DNA from: an uncultured Pseudomonadales bacterium
GTDB lineage: Bacteria > Patescibacteriota > Microgenomatia > UBA1400 > PJMF01
Length of the DNA stretch: 64,000 bases
Direction: 5' to 3'
Assembly (NCBI GenBank): GCA_964406075.1
Contig: CAYOQI010000003.1
Location: forward strand, 12,718 to 76,717
The notes below the pieces were generated by a model. It saw nothing but the letters and a program-made list of their open reading frames with translations, had not been told where the DNA came from and made no database searches. Every line of letters starts with the position of its first letter. Position 1 is the stretch's first letter. The position numbers were made by a program, and so were the translations under genes. Below, in pieces: positions 17,463 to 25,320 of the stretch.

Positions 17463-19409
17463 ATGAATACAGAAACTAATCACACACCAAAAAAGCTACA
17501 AGGAAAGTTATTTTTCTTAAGTGCTGGGGCGATGTTATTAGGGATAGTTTCGTTAACAGTAGCATTTCCTGGACAGATATTGAGTCAGACTCAATATAAT
17601 ATTGCAGACATCAATAAGGATGGGATAGTTGATCTTACCGATTATTCAATACTTGCTGAAAATTTCTTTCAGACAGGACAGTCAATATTGGCAGATATTA
17701 ATATGGATGAGATTGTAGATCTCACAGATTACTCAATCTTAGCTGAGAACTTCTTTAAAACAGGACCTGATTCATCTCCGACTCCTACCACTCCATCTTC
17801 AAATACTGTTACATTCTCAGCAACACTTGCTCCACAGGTCACAGGATCACAAGGATATGGAAGTGGATCACTTGTCTTAAATACTTCAAATCGAACTGCC
17901 ACCGTCAGCCTTTCATTTTCAAATCTAACCAGTGCTGTGACAGGAGTTCATATTCATGGACCTTCAGGCACAAATCAAGATGCCATTCTTTTTCCCTTTT
18001 CAAATGGACCATTTCAAAATCAACAAATTACTTTAACAGCTGCACAGGTTACAGATCTGAATGCAGGGAAGCTGTACTTTAATGTTCATACTCAGAATTA
18101 TGGGAGTGGTGAAATTAAAGGTATTCTTCAGGTATCTACGAGTGTCACACCGACCCCTGCTCCTACTAGTGGTGCTACACCTCCTCCAAGTGGCGGGGAG
18201 AATAGTCATGCTATGGGGCTATGGACACCAAATACTAAGTATGACACCTGTACAAAAGAAATTCATGATAGCTATAAAGTAAAAGGTCCTGATGGAAAGT
18301 GGTATCCGACCTGGCATGCACATGATCATACTCTTCCTAATGGAAGTAAATGTACTTTTGGTCATGAACATGGACGTGACCCAAAAAGCTCTGAGCTATG
18401 GACAGCTATTCAAAATCATTATGGATATGATGCAAACGGTAATGGGACGTTAGATGCGAGTGAGCGTGCAGTCTCAGGATTGCCATTCGGGTATGTTAAC
18501 GAACAGTTGGATGTGTATAACTCAGCAAACTCTATTAATAACGGAATGAGACATGAAGATCATGTCGGTCATAAGGTTGACTGGGAGAATAATGTAGGGC
18601 TCCAACGAAATGCTTGTAATGGACCTTCAGGACCTGGATGCAATGATCGCATTAACATAGGAGTGACTTGTGATTTCTTGATGAAGCCACATCAAGGGAC
18701 ACACTCACAAGACGCCTTTTCAAATAATTTGCATGAGCTTTTATATATAACGGTGTGTGACGATGGCACAAATATTGTTGCTTCAAAGATCGTAGCTTTT
18801 GGTCCTCCAGGTGAGTTTACTGCAAATGATAAAAGAACTGTGATTAAAGTCCCAGGATTTTCACCTGCAAACGCTCCGTCAGGAAATGGAGTCCGATTTA
18901 TCCCAACAGCAGATACAGAACGCACAAATGGATTTTATGAGGACTGGATAAGTAGTAATTACATTCGTACAGTTAGTGGGCAGCTGTTAGCTTATTATGA
19001 TCCACACTTTGCTGTATTTGGTCCGAGTCGAATCTATGATGCCAGTAAGCCGAACAATGTAGGTAGAACTGTTGATCTGTGCTTTATACCTGGTAGACCG
19101 CAAAATGGAACCTGTGACAAAATCACAGATTACGGCCGAATTACATCAATGGACTACGATGATCCTCGTGCAGAGTACAATGGTTGTAAGAGAGAAACAT
19201 ACTTCAATCAAACAGATATCACAAATCAAGGTGGCCCAACAATTTGGTATACAGATCCATATGGTACAAAAGCTCAAGCAAATTCATTTGCTGGTTCAGT
19301 AAAACAATATATTGCCTCGATAAACAATGGTCGCGGATTCTACCTTGAATCTCAGGCATCAGGTGCTGATCGGGACTACTGTGAAGGCACTGTTCATGCA
19401 CCGAACTAA
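17463..19409 (+). CDS. Secreted dockerin-repeat + CHRD-domain protein with unrecognised His-rich C-terminal domain (paralog 3 of 3)
   Basis: The architecture matches paralogs 1 and 2, plus an inserted CHRD-like module (GVHIHGPSGTNQDAILFPF...LYFNVHTQNYGSGEIKGIL). The domain carries CTFGHEHGRDP, RHEDHVGHKVDW and HQGTHSQDAFSNNLH, ending TVHAPN. Confidence 0.75.
   Translation: MNTETNHTPKKLQGKLFFLSAGAMLLGIVSLTVAFPGQILSQTQYNIADINKDGIVDLTDYSILAENFFQTGQSILADINMDEIVDLTDYSILAENFFKTGPDSSPTPTTPSSNTVTFSATLAPQVTGSQGYGSGSLVLNTSNRTATVSLSFSNLTSAVTGVHIHGPSGTNQDAILFPFSNGPFQNQQITLTAAQVTDLNAGKLYFNVHTQNYGSGEIKGILQVSTSVTPTPAPTSGATPPPSGGENSHAMGLWTPNTKYDTCTKEIHDSYKVKGPDGKWYPTWHAHDHTLPNGSKCTFGHEHGRDPKSSELWTAIQNHYGYDANGNGTLDASERAVSGLPFGYVNEQLDVYNSANSINNGMRHEDHVGHKVDWENNVGLQRNACNGPSGPGCNDRINIGVTCDFLMKPHQGTHSQDAFSNNLHELLYITVCDDGTNIVASKIVAFGPPGEFTANDKRTVIKVPGFSPANAPSGNGVRFIPTADTERTNGFYEDWISSNYIRTVSGQLLAYYDPHFAVFGPSRIYDASKPNNVGRTVDLCFIPGRPQNGTCDKITDYGRITSMDYDDPRAEYNGCKRETYFNQTDITNQGGPTIWYTDPYGTKAQANSFAGSVKQYIASINNGRGFYLESQASGADRDYCEGTVHAPN
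17670..17779 (+). repeat. 110-nt tract in paralog 3 identical to 14115-14224 in paralog 1
   Basis: Same base-by-base comparison as for 14115-14224. Confidence 0.9.
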
Positions 19410-19430
19410 ACTTCGAAACTCAATTAGTTA

Positions 19431-19461
19431 AAAAAAGCCTTGTGTTACACAAGGCTTTTTT
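19431..19461 (+). terminator. Rho-independent terminator after paralog 3
   Basis: An A-run, AGCCTTGTG (19436-19444), loop TTA, CACAAGGCT (19448-19456), then a T-run. Confidence 0.8.
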
Positions 19462-19492
19462 GTTTAGTAAGTTATTTTCTTTTCATCACCCA

Positions 19493-19522
19493 TTGACATG
19501 ACATGAGGTAATTTACTAGTAT
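19493..19522 (+). promoter_or_regulatory. Candidate promoter of the major pilin gene
   Basis: TTGACA (19493-19498), an 18-nt spacer, then TAGTAT (19517-19522). This overlaps the track ATG at 19521, which argues for the downstream ATG at 19560 as the true start. Confidence 0.4.
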
Positions 19523-19559
19523 GGATACAGCATTATTTATATTATTTAGTGAGCTTTGT

Positions 19560-20048
19560 ATGAAACACTTTTCCCTGCCCAAAGCCTTGCGTTCCCAACA
19601 AGGTTTTACACTTATTGAACTACTTGTCGTAATCGGGATTTTAGCTGTACTGTTGGCGATTGTGTTAGTCGCTATCAATCCAGCACGACAATTTTCTCAA
19701 GCAAATAACACCAAACGAAGTAGTGATATCAATGCCATTTTGAACGCTGTTCAACAATATGCAGCAGATAACCGTGGAACACTTCCAGCAGGTATTACTG
19801 CTACTGCTTCAGCAATCAGTGCTGCTGGTGTTGGACAAGCTTTCTGTGAAGCTTTAGTTACTGACTACTTGGCTGCTTTGCCCTCAGATCCTACAGGTGG
19901 AGCATTAGCTGGTGAACCAGTTGATGAAGCTGATTGTGCGACCTATGGAGACACTGGGTATGAAATTTGGAGAAGTGCAACCAATAACCGTATCTCAGTA
20001 TCTGCTCCTAATGCAGAACTCGGAGTAGTACTCCAAGTTATTCGATAA
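19560..20048 (+). CDS. pilA: Major type IV pilin (prepilin with class III signal peptide)
   Basis: MKHFSLPKALRSQQG|FTLIELLVVIGILAVLLAIVLVAINP is a canonical prepilin leader with Phe at +1 and Glu at +5. The C-terminal domain contains Cys pairs. The gene has its own promoter and a strong terminator. Confidence 0.85.
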   Translation: MKHFSLPKALRSQQGFTLIELLVVIGILAVLLAIVLVAINPARQFSQANNTKRSSDINAILNAVQQYAADNRGTLPAGITATASAISAAGVGQAFCEALVTDYLAALPSDPTGGALAGEPVDEADCATYGDTGYEIWRSATNNRISVSAPNAELGVVLQVIR

Positions 20049-20067
20049 CGTTAAAGTAATTAACATT

Positions 20068-20099
20068 AAAAAACGAGCTCTTACGAGCTCGTTTTTTTT
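20068..20099. terminator. Bidirectional rho-independent terminator between the pilin gene and the convergent DUF62-like gene
   Basis: AAAAA-ACGAGCTC (20073-20080), loop TTAC, GAGCTCGT (20085-20092), then T7. The A-run and T-run are symmetric. Confidence 0.85.
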
Positions 20100-20177
20100 A
20101 AATTTAACTTTCAGTTATGCTATTTGAGACAACAACAATACTGTTGAGACAAGTGAAAATAAGAGAAGCAGAGTAAA

Positions 20178-20990
20178 TTACTTCATCAACTTCATATCAA
20201 TTGGTGTTCCACCTGGTGGGTACCCAAATCGGACAGCAGCTGTCTTTTCAGACATGTGATGAACCCGTAAGAAGAGCTCGATGAAAGGGTTATCATAACC
20301 AGAAGAACCAGCATTGATGGCTAAAACACCGCGATCAACCTGAAAACCACCGATAGACATGACACCAACCATACGAATATCGTTGACTGTAACTTCAACT
20401 TTGTCACCGGGTTGAAAATTGGCGATGTCAGATTTTCTCATTGTCGTCTTGATATTTCCAAAACCGTCAGTCCACGCGACTAAATTGTTTGGAATATCAG
20501 GGATAGAGTTAATATCTAATTCTGTGGTTAATACAGATCGATCTCCATTCATTAATTTAGCAACACGTTCTGGAAAGAAATCTCGTGATCGAAATTGGGA
20601 ACCACTGTTTGGGCAGTCAATATCTCGAAACTCAACTATCTCACTTTTGACAAAGCCAAAGGCGTATTCCGAGTAAACGCTAACGATTTCAACACCATTT
20701 TTCAATTTGGCGTATTTAATGCCTTCACCCATATTATTTGCTTGAGCTTGGTTTTTATCTCGACGAGGAGCTGAATTCCCATAAATCATCATGCCTGGTT
20801 TGGCTTCACCTAATGCATATTGAGCTGTCACAAACCCAACTGCCATTGTATCGAGAGGGGGAGTAGATGTTGGTAAGATGAATACATCATTAGGGTTATC
20901 TAAGTGACGATGAAGTTGCTGGATTATTTCTCCAAACTCAAGTCCACTCGGTTCATAATCAACGGCTACGTGTAAAAGTCGATTTGACAT
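20178..20990 (-). CDS. Divergent SAM hydroxide adenosyltransferase-like (DUF62 / SAM hydrolase) protein
   Basis: 270 aa. SQFRSRDFFPERVAKLMNG resembles the FHGRDIFAPVAA motif and WTDGFGNIKTTM resembles IDxFGNxxTN of DUF62. The N-terminal SAM-binding motifs are poorly conserved. Confidence 0.35.
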   Translation of the reverse strand: MSNRLLHVAVDYEPSGLEFGEIIQQLHRHLDNPNDVFILPTSTPPLDTMAVGFVTAQYALGEAKPGMMIYGNSAPRRDKNQAQANNMGEGIKYAKLKNGVEIVSVYSEYAFGFVKSEIVEFRDIDCPNSGSQFRSRDFFPERVAKLMNGDRSVLTTELDINSIPDIPNNLVAWTDGFGNIKTTMRKSDIANFQPGDKVEVTVNDIRMVGVMSIGGFQVDRGVLAINAGSSGYDNPFIELFLRVHHMSEKTAAVRFGYPPGGTPIDMKLMK

Positions 20991-21110
20991 ATTTTCTCCT
21001 AAAAATTGTTCTTTATCTGAAATAGAATAAGTTCTTATTATAATACGGAGTCTATGAGAAACTATAGGCGGATATGAGGAAGAGATTAAAGATAGCTTTC
21101 TTCACAGTAT

Positions 21111-21671
21111 ATGAAACACACCTTAATTATTTGCACTTTTGCATTAGTGTTTATCCTTGCAGGATTTCCTTCAAAAGTCTTTGCGCATTTCATGAGAGCG
21201 AATGATGGCATTTCATTATCGATTCATTTAGAGCCTGATGATGAACCGTATGCTAATCAGGAAACCAAAATCAGATTTATCTTTACAGATAAAAATGAAA
21301 AGCTAGTTCTCAATAACTGTGATTGCTGGGTATGGGTGATGCAAGATGACACAATAATAGACCACAAGTTGATGGAAGTTGAAGATGACCAAAATGGAAA
21401 TCAAATCGGAAGGATAATTTCGACGTTTCCACAGAAGGGTGTGTACAAAGTGAAGATACAAGGTGAACCGATTGTTTCTAAGGACTTTTCAGCATTCCAT
21501 TTTGAATATGATGTTCGAGTTGATAGAGTGGCTGAAACACCACAAAAGGTTAATTCTGAAACGTATGTCCAGCAGTTGGCAGAAACAGAAAAACAAGTTA
21601 TCCTTGTGGGCATTCTTGCAATTATCTCTACAGTAGCAAGCTATTTTCACTTTAATCGAAAGGGTGTATGA
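21111..21671 (+). CDS. Secreted, C-terminally anchored protein with predicted N-terminal His after signal cleavage; function unknown
   Basis: The signal peptide ends ...SKVFA|HF. A beta-rich domain of about 130 aa follows, then a C-terminal TM helix (VILVGILAIISTVASYF). The ATGA overlap with ycnI indicates co-translation. Confidence 0.6.
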   Translation: MKHTLIICTFALVFILAGFPSKVFAHFMRANDGISLSIHLEPDDEPYANQETKIRFIFTDKNEKLVLNNCDCWVWVMQDDTIIDHKLMEVEDDQNGNQIGRIISTFPQKGVYKVKIQGEPIVSKDFSAFHFEYDVRVDRVAETPQKVNSETYVQQLAETEKQVILVGILAIISTVASYFHFNRKGV

Positions 21672-22294
21672 AAAGATCATTTATTGTGGCCGGCTTAGTT
21701 ACTTCATTCATGCTTCTTGGCGTAGGTTCTATTCAAGCTCATGTTACGGTCCGACCGAAAGAAGCGTTAATAGCAGCTTTCCAAACTTTCACAATTGGTG
21801 TGCCGAACGAAAAAGAAATTCCAACTACAGGAATGCGACTTGTAATGCCAGAAGGGCTCAATCACGTTTCGCCGAATGTGAAACCTGGTTGGAAAATAGA
21901 AATTAAAAAAACAGGTGAGGGTGAAGAAGCAAAAGTGACGGAAGTTATTTGGTCAGGTGGATCTGTACCTGCCGGACAACGAGATGAATTCCTCTTCAGT
22001 GCACAAGTACCAGCATCACCAACAACATTGCAGTGGAAAGCCTATCAAACCTATTCAGATGGTACTGTGGTGGCCTGGGATCAAGAATCTGGTGAAATGA
22101 TTCACGACGAAAAAACAAATAAAGAATCCGGACCATTCTCTACAACTACTGTATTATCAGACATTGAACCTGTTGCAGATGTCGTGGAAACTACTGAGGG
22201 AAGTTCTAGCTGGACAAACATGATCAGTTTAGCTGCAATAGGTTTAGCTGGACTTTCACTCGTTTTGCACTTTAAAGATGAACCAAAAGCATAA
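21668..22294 (+). CDS. ycnI: YcnI-family (DUF1775) copper-binding protein, membrane anchored
   Basis: The signal peptide ...SIQA|HVTVRPKEA...FTIGVPNEKEIPTTGMRLVMPEG...VKPGWKIEI...WKAYQTYSDGTVVAW is collinear with B. subtilis YcnI. A C-terminal TM helix is present. Confidence 0.85.
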   Translation: MKRSFIVAGLVTSFMLLGVGSIQAHVTVRPKEALIAAFQTFTIGVPNEKEIPTTGMRLVMPEGLNHVSPNVKPGWKIEIKKTGEGEEAKVTEVIWSGGSVPAGQRDEFLFSAQVPASPTTLQWKAYQTYSDGTVVAWDQESGEMIHDEKTNKESGPFSTTTVLSDIEPVADVVETTEGSSSWTNMISLAAIGLAGLSLVLHFKDEPKA

Positions 22295-22363
22295 CTTTTA
22301 GGTCATGGCATTTCTCACACAGACCAAACCGAATTTGTGATATGGTGTAGTTGGAGGTGTGAC

Positions 22364-22903
22364 ATGAAAAAAAATATTCTGATTGGAGTTCTTGTTATTG
22401 TGTTGGCTGGATGTCAAAAATCTGTCGACACTCCTGTAACTTCACCATCCCCAGTGTCAGCAATTTCTTCTTTTGACGAATGTGTTGCAGCTGGAAACCC
22501 AGTGATGGAAAGTTATCCGCCAAGATGTAATGCAAATGGTCAAACCTTTACTCAAGAAATTGGAAATGAGTCGGAATTTTCTGATGAAATTTCCGTGGGT
22601 AAACCTCTCCCAAATCAAGTAATTTCTAATCCGTTGCAAATCGATGGAAAAGCTCGTGGAAATTGGTTTTTCGAAGCCAATTTTTCTGCAGAGTTAATTG
22701 ATGCGAATGGCAAAAGTTTAGGTGAGATTCCAGTTCAAGCTGATGCTGAGTGGATGACTGAGGAATTTGTGCCATTTTCCGGAGAAATAATTTTTACCAC
22801 TCCTGAAACTTTAACCGGTTCACTTATTTTTAAAAATGCTAATCCGTCAGGTTTGCCTGAAAATGATAAGCAAATAAAGATTCCAGTTACATTTCAAGAA
22901 TAA
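22364..22903 (+). CDS. Lipoprotein with Gmad2 immunoglobulin-like domain
   Basis: GGAGG lies 6 nt upstream of the ATG at 22364. The lipobox is VLAGC. NPLQIDGKARGNWFFEANFSAELIDANGKSLG...WMTEEFVPFSGEIIF...NANPSGLPEN matches the Gmad2 pattern. Confidence 0.7.
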   Translation: MKKNILIGVLVIVLAGCQKSVDTPVTSPSPVSAISSFDECVAAGNPVMESYPPRCNANGQTFTQEIGNESEFSDEISVGKPLPNQVISNPLQIDGKARGNWFFEANFSAELIDANGKSLGEIPVQADAEWMTEEFVPFSGEIIFTTPETLTGSLIFKNANPSGLPENDKQIKIPVTFQE

Positions 22904-22957
22904 ACCCTTACAAAAAACAGTTTCTTCTTCACAGAAGTTTTTCTATACTACATATCT

Positions 22958-24088
22958 ATGATAGATGAGCAGGTGATTGAACCAATTACTCAGGAAGAAC
23001 TGCCAATTCCTCGAAATCAAAAAGCTGTACTACTTGCTTCAGTCGTAGGTTTCCTCATCCTCGGATTAGGTGGGGGAATACTTCTTTTTAAAAAAAATAC
23101 ATCTACCCTTGAAAAAGTGGATCAGGTTGTTGATCAAGTACAGACTCAGACTGCAAACGTTTTAACTTCACCGTCTCCAACACCTTTTTCTTTTCAAGAA
23201 ATGACGATTCCATATTTACGACAACGTAGTTACACCAGTCAATTAGGTCCACAAGAAAAAATTGGTGAAACTTCGACCTACACTTCGTATCTGACAAGTT
23301 ACACATCGGACGGATTAAAAGTGAACGGGTTGTTGACTCAACCAAAAGGAGAACAGCCAATCGGTGGGTTTCCAGCAATTGTTTTCATTCATGGGTACAT
23401 TCCACCCGCTCGATATCAGACACGAACACAGTATGAAGCGTACGTTGATTACTTAGCTCGAAATGGTTTTGTGGTGTTCAAAATAGATCTTCGTGGTCAC
23501 GGACAGTCGGAAGGTGAAGCAGGCGGTGGATATTACTCCTCAGATTATATTGTTGATGCACTGAATGCCAGAGCTGCACTACAGGCCAGTAATTTTGTGA
23601 ATAAAGACAAAGTAGGGATGTGGGGCCATAGTATGGCAGGTAATATCACGATGAGAGCATTAGCGTCACAGCCCGAAATTCCTGCCATAGCAATCTGGGG
23701 TGGAGCAGTCTATACCTATGAAGACATGCAGGAGTATGGGATTGATGATAATAGTTATCAAGCTCCATCCTCTACCTCTCCGAGTCGCCAAAAACGTCAA
23801 CAACTCTTTGATACCCATGGTCAATTCAATCCAGAGAGTGCATTTTGGAAACAAGTTCCAGCCACGAATTACTTGAATGAGATTAAAGGTGCTGTAGGGT
23901 TATTTCACGCGGTCAATGATGATGTAGTCAGTGTCGAATACAGTCGAGGATTAAAAATTAAATTAGATGCTTCCAATATTCCCAATGAATTGAATGAGTA
24001 CCCAAATGGTGGACATAATATTTCAGGGACTGCTTTTTCGCAAGCAATGCGAGATACCGTTGATTTTTTCAATCAACATTTACAGTAA
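22958..24088 (+). CDS. Membrane-anchored alpha/beta hydrolase (S9 / dienelactone-hydrolase-like)
   Basis: It has an N-terminal TM helix and the nucleophile elbow GHSMAG. A downstream Asp (NDDVV) and His (GGHNI) are consistent with a Ser-Asp-His triad. Confidence 0.75.
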   Translation: MIDEQVIEPITQEELPIPRNQKAVLLASVVGFLILGLGGGILLFKKNTSTLEKVDQVVDQVQTQTANVLTSPSPTPFSFQEMTIPYLRQRSYTSQLGPQEKIGETSTYTSYLTSYTSDGLKVNGLLTQPKGEQPIGGFPAIVFIHGYIPPARYQTRTQYEAYVDYLARNGFVVFKIDLRGHGQSEGEAGGGYYSSDYIVDALNARAALQASNFVNKDKVGMWGHSMAGNITMRALASQPEIPAIAIWGGAVYTYEDMQEYGIDDNSYQAPSSTSPSRQKRQQLFDTHGQFNPESAFWKQVPATNYLNEIKGAVGLFHAVNDDVVSVEYSRGLKIKLDASNIPNELNEYPNGGHNISGTAFSQAMRDTVDFFNQHLQ

Positions 24089-24249
24089 TTTTCGCTTCTC
24101 AATTTTTATCAAAAGAATAAAATTTCCCGATATTTTCGTGAGAAAAACAGAAGAAAAATTTCAAATTTCAGCGTTTATTGACTGAAACATGTGTGAGAAA
24201 GCTACTTGATTTTAAGTACATAATCTTGCACACTTAATTGATCTTAATT

Positions 24250-25296
24250 ATGAAAAAACAGATTTTATTTTCATTGGTATTCATGTGGGCAATAGTTTTT
24301 ACTATTCGACCACTTTTTCTCGTCGAGCAAGTTCAAGCAGCCTCTGCTGGTAATACCTATATGCGTTGTGATCGAATGAGAGAAGGGATAGATCCTGGAG
24401 ATTGTTTGGTGGTATTTACGACTTCTTCAACTTCTGCTACTGAGACAACCATAAAAATCACACTCGATGCGGAGTGGGTGTCTGCAACACATTTTTCAGC
24501 AACTGCTGGTAATTACACTGTCTCAACTTCAGGATTACCTGGTGGTGTAACAGCAATGCCGGGTATCGCCACCGCAGACAATGTCACTGGTAACACAATT
24601 CGTTTTCCTGTAACAGCTATGGCAGATAGTACAACATATGGATTTTTTATTACTGGAACTGGACTACTTCTGAATCCTGATGCATCAACCACTATTATTC
24701 ATACTGTTTTTACGAGAACTGGTGCTGATGCTGGTACAGCTGATACAAAAGACATTGCTGTTCCAACAATTAGTAATGATCAGATTACGATTTCAGCAAC
24801 AGTTGCACCTACGTTCACTTTCGCCTTCAATAATAATTCTCAATCATTAGGAACCTTATCAACAGGATCTGTGAGCTCTGGTGGAGGAACGACTATTACG
24901 GTGACAACGAATGCTGGAAGTGGTTGGAATGCTTGGGTGAGGAGTACGAATGCAGGACTCACTTCAGCTAATGCGTCGTACACGATTGCAACTACAGGCA
25001 GTATCGATGCTGCTGACTCCACACTTTCTTCTGGGACTGAAGGCTATGTGTTAGATGCAGATTTAACCTCAGATGCAGCCAATGGAGGCACGGTAAGTTT
25101 GTCGGCAGAGTATGATGGTGGTGACACAAGTAGTGGAGGAACACTTTCAACTTCTTATCAATCATTCGCGACCTCAAATGGAGCTGCGAATGGTGATGTG
25201 ATTACCCTAATCCCACGTGCCGCAATTTCAGGTTTGACTGAAGCTGCCGCTGACTATGCTGACACTCTAACAGTAGTTGGCTCAGGAATTTTTTAA
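24250..25296 (+). CDS. Secreted Thr/Ser/Gly-rich surface protein with WxL-like C-terminal module (family member A)
   Basis: It has a signal peptide. The C-terminal module reads ...TFTFAFNNNSQSLGTLSTGS...TVTTNAGSGWNAWVRS...SSGTEGYVLDAD...ADYADTLTVVGSGIF-stop and is shared with the 27951 gene. The track TTG at 24238 lies 12 nt upstream of the ATG used here. Confidence 0.6.
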   Translation: MKKQILFSLVFMWAIVFTIRPLFLVEQVQAASAGNTYMRCDRMREGIDPGDCLVVFTTSSTSATETTIKITLDAEWVSATHFSATAGNYTVSTSGLPGGVTAMPGIATADNVTGNTIRFPVTAMADSTTYGFFITGTGLLLNPDASTTIIHTVFTRTGADAGTADTKDIAVPTISNDQITISATVAPTFTFAFNNNSQSLGTLSTGSVSSGGGTTITVTTNAGSGWNAWVRSTNAGLTSANASYTIATTGSIDAADSTLSSGTEGYVLDADLTSDAANGGTVSLSAEYDGGDTSSGGTLSTSYQSFATSNGAANGDVITLIPRAAISGLTEAAADYADTLTVVGSGIF

Positions 25297-25320
25297 ACTT
25301 CTGAAGTAGAATAGCTTGAT

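Noticed and set aside
13908-19409. Expectation of a cohesin-bearing scaffold partner for the six dockerin repeats (cellulosome-like system)
   Set aside because: I could recognise no cohesin-like module in any protein of this window. Dockerin-type repeats also occur without cohesins, so I make no cellulosome claim.
21664-21906. 80-aa alternative-frame ORF overlapping the start of ycnI
   Set aside because: The YcnI frame gives a strong full-length family match, and the alternative frame is Arg/Ser/Cys-rich noise.
24177-24249. Possible promoter (TTGACT... / TTGATT...TACATAAT) upstream of the WxL-like operon
   Set aside because: I could not find a -35/-10 pair with acceptable 16-19-nt spacing, so I did not report it as a feature.
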